A stretch of DNA of 52,161 nt, filler included, from Sphacelaria rigidula (taxonomy: Eukaryota): the NCBI GenBank assembly GCA_964200075.2. It is 4 parts of 4 records of this genome, joined end to end, with 100 filler letters (N's around TTAATTAATTAA, not from the genome) between each part and the next. Parts side by side here need not be neighbours in the genome. Positions count along the whole stretch, not along the records: positions 1 to 12,969 come from CAXNAA020003260.1; 3 more parts are not named here. One strand, given 5' to 3'. The notes under the pieces are model-generated. The model saw only the letters and a program-made list of their open reading frames with translations. It was not told the origin of the DNA and searched no databases. Of this stretch, positions 1-12,904 are shown in pieces; positions within the stretch are counted from its first letter, which is position 1; every line of letters starts with the position of its first letter. Position numbers and translations under genes: made by a program.

Positions 1-1592
1 ATTGACCAATTTTGGACGTTTTTACGTGAAACACTAGCGATGACATGGTGAAAATATGTTTGAGGGGGCGTGCATAAGTTAAGGTTACGGAAATATCCAA
101 AATCAATGGTTCTTTTGCGATTTTCACGTTTTTTCACGTTTTTTCGCGATTTTTCGTGTTCCCGGGTCTCCCATGCTTACTGGGAAAAGAGCGAAAAAAA
201 ATCCGTTTATTTGGCCGACGTACTTTTTCTCGACCGCGAGACTGCACGCGTCGAGCACCCACGTTGTAGAAAGGGTGCTTTTTTTAGGTAAAAAACGCCA
301 CCGAATGCAATAAAAAAATCGAAAATCAAATCGGAGACCGTTAAGGGCTCGTACTAAGATAACTTCCCAGACTTATGAGACAGAGGAAGTACATACAAAA
401 ATGAAAGGTGTGGACTCGCGAGGTAGCGAACACATGCACGTATGACTCCCGTACACACGAACACGAGTATTCTCGAGTTCGGCATAGTCGTGTAATGAGT
501 CCAAATATTTGCCTTTTAGTGGCACGCAGGGGAGGAGGGGACGGGGGGATAATGTGGCATACATTATGTACTAAAGTAACCATGAACTGTACGCTAAAGT
601 AAGTACACATGGCACACTTAAGTGTCTACGCGTTGTATTGTCATCACTTGATTTTGGTATCGGACGACGAACTACTAGAATCAAGTATCGCCTCTGACAA
701 CATGAAGAGAGTGCGGTCAGCCTTGATCCTATGCAACACTAACGATCAGCTGGCCGCACGACTGTCGCGGCGCCAGCAAGCTTCACGGAGTGCTTTCAAT
801 ACCTGCAGGTGGCGAAGTCAACGAGTGTGGGACATCGAATAACCGTTCCTGATCTCAGAAGGATGCACTGACATTGCGTGATTGATTGAACGTTTGTTTG
901 TCGCGCAGTACCTCATCCCGAGGAATTCAGCCGTGTTGAGAGGACAGCCATACTCAAGGTGAACAAAACGGAAATAGTCGCTAAAGGAAACTCGAGGAGA
1001 CAAAATACAAAAATAAAAATATAAAGAGTCAAGTGGAGAACAAAACAGGACGCGAAATAGTACAAGAAAAAAATACAAATAAAGGAAGAAAATAAAGGCA
1101 GATAAAAAGACCACGAATAACCGGTTTCGATTAAAAAAAATCACACTCTGGACGACGGATTACACTGTAAAAAAATGCACTGCGTACAGTATCGCCCCTT
1201 GCGTCTAGTGCAACAGACATTCCATTCTATACTGTATACAAAATACTTTTCGACCATGTAATATATTCTCCAGGGTGTGAAAAAACAACAAAATGGCGGG
1301 AGAGGGAACGGGAAACAAGCAGCAAGGAATGGCCGATCCCTGCAACATGGCTTCCGATGACAAGGCCGTGCGAAAAAAGAGAGAGGTAACGAGATGATGA
1401 CGAATCAATGCAATGACAACACGACAGCGCGTGCGATCGGGAACATGCGGTAGGGGCCGAAGACTTCGCGATGAGGCGATTTTCATTTTCATCGTCGTGA
1501 CAAAAATCACTCCCATCAGATGAACAGCTAGATGAAGACCTTCTTCGACCACCGATGTGGAGTATAATTGGCCTGACAGACGTTCAACTTTC

Positions 1593-2423
1593 CAAGGCTG
1601 GGTTCTGTAGGGTACGAGTTCATGTATACCTGGGGAATTCAGCCGGGTGTTACCCGTACCCGACAGTTCTGTGAGTCATGTAAGCCTTTCATACCGGTAC
1701 CCGATACTGTTGTGGAATCTGTACGAAATTATTAGCTGTAACCCTCTTGGCACTGGCGATGGCGAAGTGTGGATTTCGAGGTGCTGCTTTTTTAACGACG
1801 CATGGTTGAGTTTTTACAGCTCTTCACGCAAAACTACTAGCCCGAATCGTGTCTTTCAGATCCGTATAAAATTGTGTCCAGTGGAGCAGGGGACTCAGTA
1901 TATAGAAAATAGAGAGGTGGTGCCGATTTTTGTTTGTGTAGACTTGAGGAACGCAGGTACTGATATTGATGGTGTCCCGTTGCGTCCCTTACTAGACAAA
2001 AGTAATTCGACAGCTGGGTGACATTTTTGGTGCGCCCATGACGTATGCTGGTGGATTCGTCTGCGGCCTTCCGCCGTCAAAATGGTCATCGTCCACCTTT
2101 TCTGGTACCATCATTTCTTCTTTGCCAGGGCTTGAAATAAGCAGGCTTCTGGCCCGTGTACGGAAGGGGAGGGTTCCCGAAGGGCTGATAAATGGGTACG
2201 GGTAAACCCTTTGAGAAATATTCGGTTACAGGAAAGGGTTTGTATTTAACCTCCATGTCGTACCCAACAGGTTCTGTAAGTTCTGTAATACTTCCATACC
2301 GGTACCCGATAGTTCTGTAGGTTTTGCACGACTTTCATACCCGGTACTCGACAGTTCCGCAAGTTCCGTAAGATATTCAATACCCCTACCGAACATATCC
2401 GTATCCTACAGAGTACAACTTTG
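1593..2423. mobile_element. Non-autonomous hAT-like element with subterminal ~40-bp tandem repeats
   Basis: Imperfect TIRs (CAAGGCTGGGTTCTGTAGGGTA at 1593; TATCCTACAGAGTACAACTTTG ending 2423). Exact 8-bp target-site duplication CAACTTTC at 1585-1592 and 2424-2431. Repeated 'ataccggtacccga..ttctgt' units near both ends. Confidence 0.8.
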
Positions 2424-2478
2424 CAACTTTCATTGATATCCACACTAGCTCTGGACGTGCATCAACCTGCAACTTCAC

Positions 2479-2550
2479 CTGTCCGGGGCTTCCGTCCTCC
2501 GCATAGGTGGCGAAACTGTCATCCAGGTAGTCCGAGAGAAAGTCTTCCAC
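2479..2550 (-). CDS. TSR2: Pre-rRNA-processing protein TSR2, exon 3 (VEDFLSDYLDDSFATYAEDGSPGQ); later exons not found in this contig
   Basis: CAG acceptor and GTGAAG donor, 72 nt, phase 0/0. Matches the TSR2 'EDFL..Y..D.F.T..EDGS' motif and joins exon 2 in frame. Confidence 0.85.
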
Positions 2551-2756
2551 CTGGCAGCCCCAATATGCATCACAAGGCAAGAGTAAAATCATCATGATTT
2601 CTTGTTCGTCATACCTCCAACCCTTTCCGTTCCTCGGGACGAATCCGTGGTCTCAAAGGACCAAACGATCTCTCTCTGATATACGCCTTGCATTTGGTCT
2701 CGCGGTTTGAATCAGCACTCTCCCACCGCATCACGTCTCGTCAAACAAAGTCAATC

Positions 2757-3296
2757 AAGATATTTCTTTGTCCACCCATCTTCTCACGCTTTCAAGCCGC
2801 TTCTTATGGCAAACAAGAAATAAACCTGTAATTTTGCCTTTTTTGGTCCTTCTGCATCGCTTTGCTCCCGGAAAGAAGGCTAGGCGGATGCCGGCAACTT
2901 GGAATGCCCTGTTATAGTCGTTGCGATGGTTTACGTTTCGCGGTAGCCACAGTTCTGTTGGCCAAACTTGCATTTTTGTCCAACCACGTCAAGAACGGCC
3001 AAGTCCAGAAAAAACTGGGAAACTGACAGTTTTTTCTGGACTTGATGGCCCTTGAACAAATACGCAATTTTGGCGACAAAAAAATACTGTGGCCGCTGGA
3101 AAACGCAAGGGCGTCCTGAAATCGTCTTACCGAGTGGAGCAAGTCATTCCAATGTGTCAAAATCCGCCTAGACCTCGCTCCTGGCGCAAAACGACGAAGG
3201 AGGACCAAAAAGGCGGTCTGACAGGAATTGTTTTGTATGTTTACCTTAGAAGCGACCTCAACAGCGAAAATCAAATATGGCGAAGAAATATCCCAA
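2757..3296. mobile_element. Long imperfect palindrome (foldback / TIR-only element), related to the flank of the Ginger-like element at ~50700-50926
   Basis: Central hairpin AAGTCCAGAAAAAACTG / CAGTTTTTTTCTGGACTT at ~3001-3043. Arms align outward, e.g. gccttttttggtcct...ctaggcggat...ttggaatg on the left versus cattccaa...atccgcctag...aggaccaaaaaggc on the right, ending in gatatttctt / aagaaatatc. Confidence 0.75.
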
Positions 3297-4144
3297 ACTC
3301 ATCCAGCGGTAATCGAACCCGCGTTCTCTTCACCCCAATGGTGTCAGTCAGATCATTTAAATTTTTACCACCGGGGCGCACCGGGCTTGACATTGGGGAT
3401 ATTGATATACCGCGAGCCCCGAGGTCTTTGAGGAAAGTCAAAGCTCCGTCGTTGATGAGGTTAACGGTTTATTTTTCAGGCTCGCAAGCTTCCTTTTCAA
3501 ACTTGGAAAAAAGTGAAGAGCTGCCGCGGGAGGATCGACTCAAAAGCAACAGGAGTTCTCGGAAAAATATATATCGCCACCAAATTTCCAACGTTGACGA
3601 GCGATTGGTAGTCCTGCCCTATTGCGTGATACATACAAGACAATACACTTACAATTCTTGACCCTGGCTCGTTAGTTATGAGACATGGATGAAAGCACAC
3701 ACACAACCCCCCCCCCCGGAAATCTCACGTTCCTTACTACATGCATCAACACGCTTGTGCGCAGAATAAGCTTGGCATCTGAATGATGCGCTCTTCATCC
3801 TTCGAACTTTTTGTCATGGCTTCCTCTGTGGTGAGAGCTGATTGCACAATGTCTCAAGAAGCACGCCTCCTACAAAAAACGAAACGGAGCCTCGAGGTAC
3901 CACCATCTCCGGAGAGCGGCTTGTACGTCGGGGAGCAGCAGGAAAACCTCTAAAGGATCGTGGTCTATTCGCGCAGAGGCTCACCGCAGTATTAAGGGGA
4001 AAATACCAGGTGCTCGGGGTTGGGGCCTCTTCATAAGATGAATCTTACAGCGTTTGGTGCAGGAACTCGCGAGATTGCATCGCAGCGAGGCGATCCCCGT
4101 TTAGAGCAGCAGAGGATCACAAGTACTTCGTTTCCCAGGCCTGG

Positions 4145-4388
4145 CTGATGACGCGACAGCCCCCCCCAGAAAAGTGGTTGGTTCGAGGAGGCAGAATGTT
4201 CGTGTACGTCAAAAAGATAAAAGCCGAGCACACCGAGCAGTTGGGGACTCCGACGCTTGGGATCATTTTCGCCAATGTCGCCCATATGAGGCGCGCCATG
4301 CAGTCTGAAACCAGCTATCATGCGCTGCATCACTATTTCCTTCGTGACAGTTTTGGGTATGATTAGGTGGGGGCTATCGCGGCATCAC
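4145..4388. mobile_element. MITE, ~250 bp, TIR GTGATGCCGCGAYAGCCCCC (copy 1)
   Basis: Ends ctgatgacgcgacagccccc and gggggctatcgcggcatcac. Internal 'aaagccgagc...gtcgcccatatgaggcgc..catgcag' shared with 29067-29319 and 30371-30622. Confidence 0.75.
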
Positions 4389-4790
4389 CGGTCGTGTCGA
4401 CAATGAATACCCTTGAGAAAGCAGACACTCGTCGTTTCAACGACGCAACGCGTCACTCATAGCCTCGAACACCCGCAACCGCAACTGTGCGCTTTGCCAG
4501 AGCCTTACGGTGTAGCATCCATAGCCGCTACCTTCGCGTTGCCGCCACTCCCACCATCCTCACCATTAGCGTCAAATGAAAACTGGCAGGACTAGAGCCA
4601 ATATCAAGACTCACCCTTGCAGGGGTAGGGTTGGGATAGACTCTACCGTGACTTCACCACGACACTACGGTTCGAACCCTGGTTCATCCCACTATTCTCG
4701 TACGCATCTCTCATTCCATAATAGGGCGGATTCAGGATCATGGAAGCAACAGGGTGAGGATTTCGCGTGGCAGAGAAATGGAAGGCTCAC

Positions 4791-4892
4791 CTCGTCCCTG
4801 TAAAGCTCCTTCTTGGTTTTGAACATGTTGATCAGTTCCTCCTCTAGCAACGCAGCTTTGCGCTCGGAGTCTCCACCCCCCCAGTTATTTTC
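4791..4892 (-). CDS. TSR2: TSR2 exon 2 (ENNWGGGDSERKAALLEEELINMFKTKKELYRDE)
   Basis: CAG acceptor and GTGAGC donor, 102 nt, phase 0/0. Carries the diagnostic WGG motif of the TSR2/WGG domain. Confidence 0.9.
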
Positions 4893-5052
4893 CTGCTCCC
4901 ACACAGTTGCGCAGGCGGACGGGCGGGAAAGGTCACGTCAGTAGAATAAGGAGCTCACGCACAACGGCACATGCAGATGTTAACCCCTGGAGTTGGGTGA
5001 GAGATGTTGGCGGAAAGAAAGGAGAGAGGGACTAAACGCAACATGGGTTCAA

Positions 5053-5802
5053 CCATTAGACAGCGAGCGTCGCCTCGGAACAGTTTCACAGGCTCACAGT
5101 CCAGGGACATCCGGGGGTTTCCAGGGCGCGCGGTGGGGGAGGGGGGGGGAGTTAACAGGGCATGTTTGCAGAACAGCCGAGAAGCTCACCAAGTCAATCA
5201 TGTGTGTTCGGAAGTTCCCACGAAAAATTGTGAGCTAGGAACGAGGCCCGAGAGGAGCGGAGTAATCATTCTGACCAATCACGGCTATCAAAAATGTTCA
5301 CTTTGTTCCCCTACTAGTGGACTACAGGTTTACTACAGTACTTCACTGTCTAGCCGTATTTCTCCAATTTAGTCACACTTCAACCATAGAAAACATGGGC
5401 ACAAAAAACGTGTTTTTCACTGTACTCGTGGTCTATGCCACTTACCTGACCCCTCGTGTGTTGCTAGCCTAGGTTCACACTGTTTCCAGTGTTGTTGCCG
5501 AATACTGAGCGGAGAAATCAAAAGCATATAGTAGAGTAATTTCAGTGGAGAGCGATGGCACGCTGACTGTTTCTTGCCGTTGTATCCAGCGAAGACATAC
5601 AGCACACATACTGACTTCGCGCAATAGACTGTAGGGTCAAAGCCGGCCAGGGTTTTTCCGGGACTATTTTCTATATACATACCCAACATCCACATAATAT
5701 GAAACAAAACTGCGTTTTACGCAGCGAGACAAGGGCTGTTCTGAACCCCACAGGTGGCATAGTCCATCTCAATCCACCTGCGGGAGGGTCGCTGTCTAAG
5801 GG
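5053..5802. mobile_element. piggyBac-like non-autonomous element
   Basis: TIR CCATTAGACAGCGA at 5053 and TCGCTGTCTAAGGG ending 5802. Followed by TTAA (5803-5806) and preceded by a degenerate TCAA. Confidence 0.6.
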
Positions 5803-6079
5803 TTAACATGAGCGGCTTTCAACGAACTAGCTTCGCGTGGTGGCGAGGCTACGATGAGAAATGCCCGTTATCTTGCCGGGAATAATTGCCACTGGATATC
5901 AAACACATGAAAAATTGATTGATGACCGTCCCGCTGCGTTCCTCGCCGGTGTCGTGACTCATCGTGCGCGATGATGTCCTCGACTGTGCTGTGAAAACCA
6001 TCGTATTCGTGTAACATGATTGTGCAGAGGGTTACCTCCCTTGGTTCAAACTTCGAGCTATATTCTGGCAACTGTCACC

Positions 6080-6257
6080 GCGTCCCGGTGGTCTGTCGAA
6101 TGACCCAACTGAAAGCATCAGGTCGGGATCTACGGGTTCGATTCCCGGCCGATGCATGAGAGTTTCTTCTCCGAATGAATATCTGTTTTTCCGTACGCAT
6201 TTTACTTGAAAACGTGAGGCCGTGCGTGGGGAAATATATATATATATATATATATAT
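6080..6257 (+). mobile_element. tRNA-derived SINE-like sequence (tRNA-Gly-like 3' half)
   Basis: Degenerate A box (ggtggtctgtcg) and B box GGTTCGATTCC followed by CGGCCGATGCA. No canonical anticodon arm. Ends at a (TA)n tract. Confidence 0.5.
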
Positions 6258-9200
6258 TCGCGAGAGTCGATGCGGTGCGGGGGTGCTGATTGATCAAATC
6301 AATCAATCCGCGATACCCAAATGCAATGTCAAGTCGTGCACTGGGGGCGAGATGGGTTCATCCCGTGAGACTACAGACTCATCCGGTCGAAGGGGACGAA
6401 TTGACAATGTGCCGAAAAAAAAGAAGAAAGAAAGGACCGTATCTTGCTACCCATGGCACGAACAACCGCGATTGGAAACACATTATTTGCCCCATAAAAC
6501 ATGTGTGTAACTTTCAGGTGGTGAAATTGAAACTGGGACCAGCTTGGAGAACAAGTCGAAAATGTGGAATCACCCCTCCCCATCTCAACCCAACTCGAAT
6601 CAGAGTCCACCTACAGGCTGGGTGGTCTCACTGCTTGACAGAGAAAAATTGTCTCCGGGCCAAGCAGCTGGATCGAGCAGCAGCAAAACATAGCACAGGA
6701 TAAAGATGAGGAGGCCTCCTGGTACCATAGAACCGCCCCGGAGTGTACAACGCGGTCTGATCGATCATTTCGGCACTTTCATGGATTTCACTCTGTGCCG
6801 TGGTATCTCATTCGGCCTGGTGACGACAGTAAGGGGACAGATTGATCCAAGAGATCAATGTAACTGGGCGCTTGCATCAACCGTCCTGACATTTGTTTCC
6901 ACTGTTCTGACGTTCGCTGTACGCTTTCCTGACACCGAGGCAAGGACAATGGTGCCTGTTGGGACACCTAACTCGCCGTCATCGTTCGTATCGATCATTT
7001 GAAGGCTGATACCCCCAATGTTTTTCTTTTCAGAACTTTCGGAGTTGAGATCGAGCTTTTTTTCTGGACTTGAACAAATGAACCTCAGTTCACAGAAAAT
7101 CGACACATAAGTGGTGAAGGAGATTGCCTCCATACTCGATGTGCATCGCTTCTCACAATTTCAGGCTCCAACGGAAAAAAAAAAATCTCCGAAAATTGTG
7201 AGAGCATGTGTTCCAACCAGGTCAGGCAATAGATCAATTCAAGACTGCCGACAGATTCGTACGAAAAGATAGCATCAGATCTTCTTCCAGAGTTTTGTGG
7301 GGGTAGAAGTCGGGATTAATTAATGCTTTGCGGAAAGTGAAGAAAAAACTCCCTGTAATCGAGACCCCTAGCTCTCAAACCTCGAGCGAGAATTCGCCGG
7401 AGACACTCCAGATCCTCGAGTAGTGAGACCAGCCTGTGCGACGTTCGCGACGCCAAAATCTAGCCAGGTGGAGTCTAAATCAGAACGGTCTCTCCAAGGC
7501 AACTATCAACACAAGAAAACATGCAGGCCTCTCCGTGCGCCTTCACAAATCCTGGTGTCCGGATATCGACAGGCAATGTGAACCAACTGGCATGAAAAAC
7601 GTTTCGACTGTCTGCAGCCAACTCCCACTTCCACAGGAACGTGTGGAAGATCGTGACGAAGATATTGATCCATGTTGCTTGATGGACCGTCGCACATAAA
7701 TTGATCCCCAATCCCCGAGAGATCCAGCCGTGGCACAACAGAGGGGCACCCAATGTAGACAAGACAGAAACACTTTGCAAAATTGCAAAATATCTAGCTC
7801 TCAACAAGTGCGCGTTCAAAAATGGTCGTGCAAACACGCTAGTAGTGAATCTGAGGACTAGCACACGAGAAGAAGACCCTGCAAATATATCATGTGGTGG
7901 GATGAGGTGCACCTGGGAGAGCGCCGATCATTCAACTAAATTATGTACTCATGTACTCGGGACCGATACATTCACGAACAAGCCCAAAACATATTTGTGA
8001 CAATAGCCTCGCAGCACCCCGGTCTGGCGCATCTTGGCTGTCCATGCCCTTATCGCATATTCCCAATCCTTTCATAAACTCAAGTTGTAAGCAGTGGTTC
8101 CAAGTGCTGCGCATCAGCTGCATCTTCCGGTCATATGACAGGCTGGCACTTCAGGGTCATTCTCAACGATCATCTTTGGACGTTGTTCAATACATTTCTA
8201 TGAATTTTAAAACGTGGACATTTTCTTCGCATTGCGTGTTTCCATTTCCAAATGAGTGATCCTACGACAGGGGGTGTACTCATAGGGGTGGGGGGACAGT
8301 TCGAGGAAAACAGGGGCACACAGGTGTGTCAGACGACCTTAACACACTCGCGGTGCATCGTATCTGGGTGAAAACGGTGTCACGTAGGATGAACAAATGT
8401 GTCTTACTGGCACCAAGCGCGTTCAAACAAAATTGCTGCTTTTGACGACGACTTGAAGCGGCATTTTCGTGGGGAAAATTGCCCCCAAATCCCCCCCCTC
8501 CTTGCCCCCATGCGAGGTCTTATGACTATGGCATGCATGATCATGAGTACACCTTCCCCCTCGCCCCCCCTGTCGTACTGTAGGATTACTCCAATCCGGG
8601 AAGCGGGAACGTCAACAAATCAGTCCTGCTGCTTGTTCATCTGGATTGGGGCACGGACAGCCCCAATACTGCGCACATCGAAAAAAATAATATCTCGCCA
8701 TCCAGATGCCACTTTCCTGTCCTTCGGCGATCATGATGTCATCGCGCGCTGGCGCTGCTGGAATGGAGCGGCCTGATGGGATGTGGACTGTGGGCGTCGG
8801 CCCCAAGCCGTTGAGCATTACGTGATCTTTCTTCCTCCCCATTTTTACAGGTGGAAAGAGGAAGGGACGAATGTAAACTCAATTTTTTCAGCAGTACCGT
8901 ATACCAATCTGCAAGAACGGTCCTTAGAACATAGAGTACAGCACTGCGCCATCTGAAAGAACCAGTGCAGGGAGTTGTCAATGAATACACCATTTTCGGT
9001 TGGTCTGGGACAAAAAGAGCGCAAGGTCGTGCCGACAAATGCCTCTTTTTCAACGGCACGACACGCAAGTGCACTCTGCATCGTGGTGCGGCTTGTGTGG
9101 CATGCCTTCATGTTGTCTCCCGACCTATCCCCTTCATACGATGGCATAATTTATCCTGAAATGGACAGTATGAAATCATGTATGGAGAAATTTTGGCGTG

Positions 9201-10498
9201 GATGCCCCCTCTTGTGAGGAATATGTGACAACAATACAGTGTACCCACGGCTCATTTGCTCATGCTTGCCCATACCTTACAGCAACACGCACGCTACTTG
9301 GGGGAACAATGCGCAATCAGCCCCTCCGTAATACCATCCACACCAGGGTGCGGCTTATTCACGTCGACCCGCTGTACGTCACTGGGGACTTCGTATACCC
9401 TGCACTGTAACTGTACAACTATTGAAATTCATATGGATTTGCCCGCATTTCCAACTTGTAGCCGCACCACGCAGCCGGCAATACATTTTCACGCCGAACA
9501 TGGGTCACGGCAAATCCAATTGCTCTGGGTAGCTGAACTTTACAAGTGTATGCAGGCTCCTTGACTCTCATCGCGCTGTGACGTCCACACAACGGGAAAA
9601 ACGGAGCAAGGAAAATCCAATTTTAGGAAAGATCGCAGTATTTCGTGCGGTGCCGCTCGTGATGAAGGGGTCTCGCGACGTCTACTGATGAGGGTAGCTC
9701 GTATGTGTGATATCAGCGCACGATCGCTAATACAGCGAGAGTTCTATGCCCAGTAAGGTTGTGATCGTCGTAATGGAAAATGACATTAGGGTTTGTACAA
9801 AATTATCTCTTGTTCCACCTTGCGAAAACACACATCGGCTTGTGCGCTGTGGTGCATAAAACAGTGCGGGATTTATTCGACAACGCTGCTACGAATTTAT
9901 TCTCAAGAACACTTCCACTCTTTTTGTGATCAGTGGCGATATCGGTTCTACCCAATCAAGCAAACACTTTCGGTTGCGGGAGGGTGTTAAAAAGCGTGAC
10001 ACTAACCCAGCGGATCACTGTACACGGTATAAGATGCGCACATTTTTTGCACCGCAACGAAAAGAGCAGGCTGACCGTAAAGTTCATCTTGAGAAGTTAT
10101 TGCTTGCCGCGATTATTGACACTGGTAGACAGGCTCAGCGTTATAAATGATCGAGCAGCAGAATGACACACCAGTAGCTTCGATTCAGTGCCCCATTCTG
10201 GTCTTTCCAGTGGTTACGGCGCCTGGGTGGCGTTGCAGGTGAGCGTGTATCGCACCATACAAAACACCGTGTACCAACTCCTATAGACAGCTTTTCAATG
10301 TTGATTTTGTTGAAAGGCGAAACCAGAGACTCCCGAAAAATTGCGCCCATCAAGAGATTTCGACCGAAACTCGCTAGGACATAACGTTTGGTGCACGGCC
10401 AGGGGGTGTTATACATCGTCACCTAGATAACTTGACTGGATCTGACAGATCAACAAATACCAATTTTCCGTTTTACACACAATGAACATAAAACTTAC

Positions 10499-10585
10499 AA
10501 GTGCGAGGCTAAGCGCAGTCCATTGACGCAGAGCAGATTTCAACCCTCCCTGGAAGTTATCCCAGGCTTGTTGAAGTGCCGACAT
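10499..10585 (-). CDS. TSR2: TSR2 exon 1 (MSALQQAWDNFQGGLKSALRQWTALSLAL)
   Basis: ATG at 10585, GTAAGT donor, 87 nt. 'F..G....L..WTAL.LA' followed by 'ENNWGG' in exon 2 is the typical TSR2 N-terminus. Confidence 0.9.
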
Positions 10586-11125
10586 GGTGCTGCTACTATT
10601 GCCCAGCTGCTGCTGCAGCCGCTGTTCCGCGTCACTTCTACGGATATAGCCCGAGTCATGTTCCAGTCGGCCAAACGGCACATATCCTGCCGTTGGATTC
10701 TATTGGTACGGTATCTTCACCCATCATTACTAGAATCCATGCCGCGCAAAACGAAAAGCGAGACTACATACGAGTAGTGTACCGCACTGACTTTGTGCTG
10801 TACAAGTGTGATACTATAACTATGTATACCACCTATAGTGTTGAGTATCGGATGTGAAAACATAGGCCACGCACGGGATCTGTCTGCCACATCCAGTACA
10901 GGTACAGGAACATTGTATCGAGTCGATCATCGTATTCCTGCTTGCCCTGAATTGGAATATATGTACATGGTGCAAAGTGTACTGCTGGTACATCTAGGCT
11001 GACAGTGCCTACAGTAGCTCTTGTTTCAAAGTACGGCAGAGTATCCGTGCCCACACGAATATCTCTGCTTTCATAGCTAGCACTCCTTCCCAGGCGCTGG
11101 TTGGTACAGTAGCGTTTGTCTTATC

Positions 11126-11323
11126 ATGCCGAGTTCTATCGGGCCTGGAAGCCTCATCTACAGTCCGAGTGGTAGCGAAGGGGGAAGGTCCCACATTGAG
11201 GTGGCAGCAGACTTGGACAAGAGCCTGGCGGGTGTCGCGTTGATCACAACTCCTGGGACTACGCCGCTGGCCAGCAGGAAAAGTCGTGAAATTGAGAACA
11301 ACGCGACGTTGGTTGACGACCAG
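11126..11323 (+). CDS. Candidate first coding exon of an unidentified gene divergent from TSR2
   Basis: ATG-initiated 66-codon frame (MPSSIGPGSLIYSPSGSEGG...NATLVDDQ) ending at CAG|GTGCCG, with GC-rich codon-like composition. No recognised homology and no downstream exon identified. Confidence 0.4.
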
Positions 11324-11459
11324 GTGCCGTTTACGAAGGTCACCATTTGAGGAGTGGTGTCTTTCGTATAATAGTATAGCGAGATTGTTTCCTGTTCCGA
11401 ATCCTCTCTAGCTGTGAGCCATTCCACGCTTGAGGTTGGGTGGGGTGAGGTCGAGTGGG

Positions 11460-11720
11460 TGGGGGGGGGGGGTCATGATCTTGCATTCCATAGTCATATG
11501 GCCATTGACCTCGCATCCCTTCAAAGCCGGGATGTAGCACGCGGGTTTTTTGCCGGACCAGGCTCGCAATCAATCACCAAGCGCGAAGCGCCGTGTTGTG
11601 TTCGGCTAGGCGCATTGAGGGTAAGCTGCATGCTGTTGAAATTGTTCCGCCTGAAGCGTACTGATTATCTTGCATATGGATGGCAGCCTCCAACAAGTTG
11701 CTTTATTTTCTGGTATGGCC
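11460..11720 (+). repeat. Dispersed repeat family 'catgatc.tgcat.ccatagtcata.gaccattgacctcgcatccct'
   Basis: Closely similar copies or fragments at ~8520-8570 (-), ~35935-36060, ~37725-37775, ~38860-39099 and ~52090-52161. Confidence 0.75.
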
Positions 11721-12149
11721 ACTTCCAGAGACAGCCACGGCTCATACACTTCCTCATGGGTGTCTCACAATCAAGACAGTACGTAGTATGATCATCTCCT
11801 TTGCGCGGAGTTGAGGTTCTCCCAACCCGCACAGTACGATCTAGCTCGACTACCATCATGGTTACCGCAACAAAAACGCATGCAAGCAAACAATCAGGTA
11901 ATCTGGTTGCCTAGCTTACGCAGTGAGTGACGTGTTTTACAGCGTCATCGCCAACCGACGCCATCCCTGTTGGGCGGGCCGCCGCTACAAAGCCAGGACG
12001 TAGCACGCCAGGTTTTCGCCGAACCAGTAGTAGGGGGTACTCATTTGTTGCTTGCCTAGTCGTTTAACAATTGACCGCGCATCCACTTCGAGACGGAGCA
12101 CCGTTCCTAAACTCGTACTCCTCATAGGAACACTTCCAACATTTGGGTT

Positions 12150-12904
12150 CGCATTACGGTTCTTCCGTTCATCACACAAAAACCCTTCACGTACGGGCTG
12201 CTTCACGCTTATCATCCAAAATGGTGTGATTAGCAAATGCCTTTCGCAATACTTCCCCAATAGTCGCATATATGATATCATACTCACTGACATGTATAGC
12301 TTAAGAGCGTGACATGGCCGAATGTGTGTCTAAGGCCATAGTGGTGGCGCTAAGGGTAAAAAGGTACCTCGACCAATTGAGCGCCCTTCAAATTGTTCTG
12401 GAATCGAGAACACGAATTCTAAGACCAATTTTCACCCAATCCCCACATTCTTCAAATCGTAGTAACCGCCATCAGCTCGGGAATCTAACAGAAGAATTAT
12501 ATTTGAAAACGCTTACTACAGGGTCAAATTATACCCGAAGCCGTGGTGTGTCGTTGATGTGGGGTTTTGTTGTCGTATAATTTCTAAAGAGGATACGCAC
12601 GAAAGATCCAGGGAGCCTCGTGACGGTTTCCTTCATATCTGCCGTAGAAAATCTCAGATCGCCCTCAAACTTGGCAATTCCGTAGTCATTGGTACTCCAT
12701 ATGAAAAATAAATGTGTCTTGGCAATATTTCAAAGTTCCTTCGTCCTCTAACGGCTCCCGGGTTCTTCACACTGGGACCCCCGGAAGGCGGAACATAATG
12801 CTTCATGAGAAAGATGATACAATAATGCGCCCCGGGGAAGTCCAACGAACATATGTACAAAGTTTGGTCGAGAAACTCGAAAACCTCGTAGAGGTTTTCT
12901 CGCC
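12150..12904 (+). repeat. Dispersed TE-derived repeat (copy 1; copy 2 at ~46010-46748)
   Basis: Colinear similarity over ~700 bp, e.g. 'atagtcgcatatatgatatcatact', 'ccaattttcacccaatc', 'ccagggagcctcgtgacggt', 'agtttggt.gagaaactcgaaaac'. Confidence 0.8.

Noticed and set aside
745..805. Minus-strand CTGCAG|VLKALREACWRRDSRAAS* as TSR2 exon 4
   Set aside because: Poor match to the expected TSR2 C-terminal helix, an early stop and a weak pyrimidine tract.
3089..3661. 190-aa ORF as a gene
   Set aside because: Overlaps the arm of the foldback element inside a TSR2 intron and shows no recognisable motif.
6080..6156. Functional tRNA gene (also 19341-19410, 36335-36410, 40258-40334)
   Set aside because: B boxes are present but no proper cloverleaf or anticodon arm, and each runs into repeat body sequence; treated as SINE heads.
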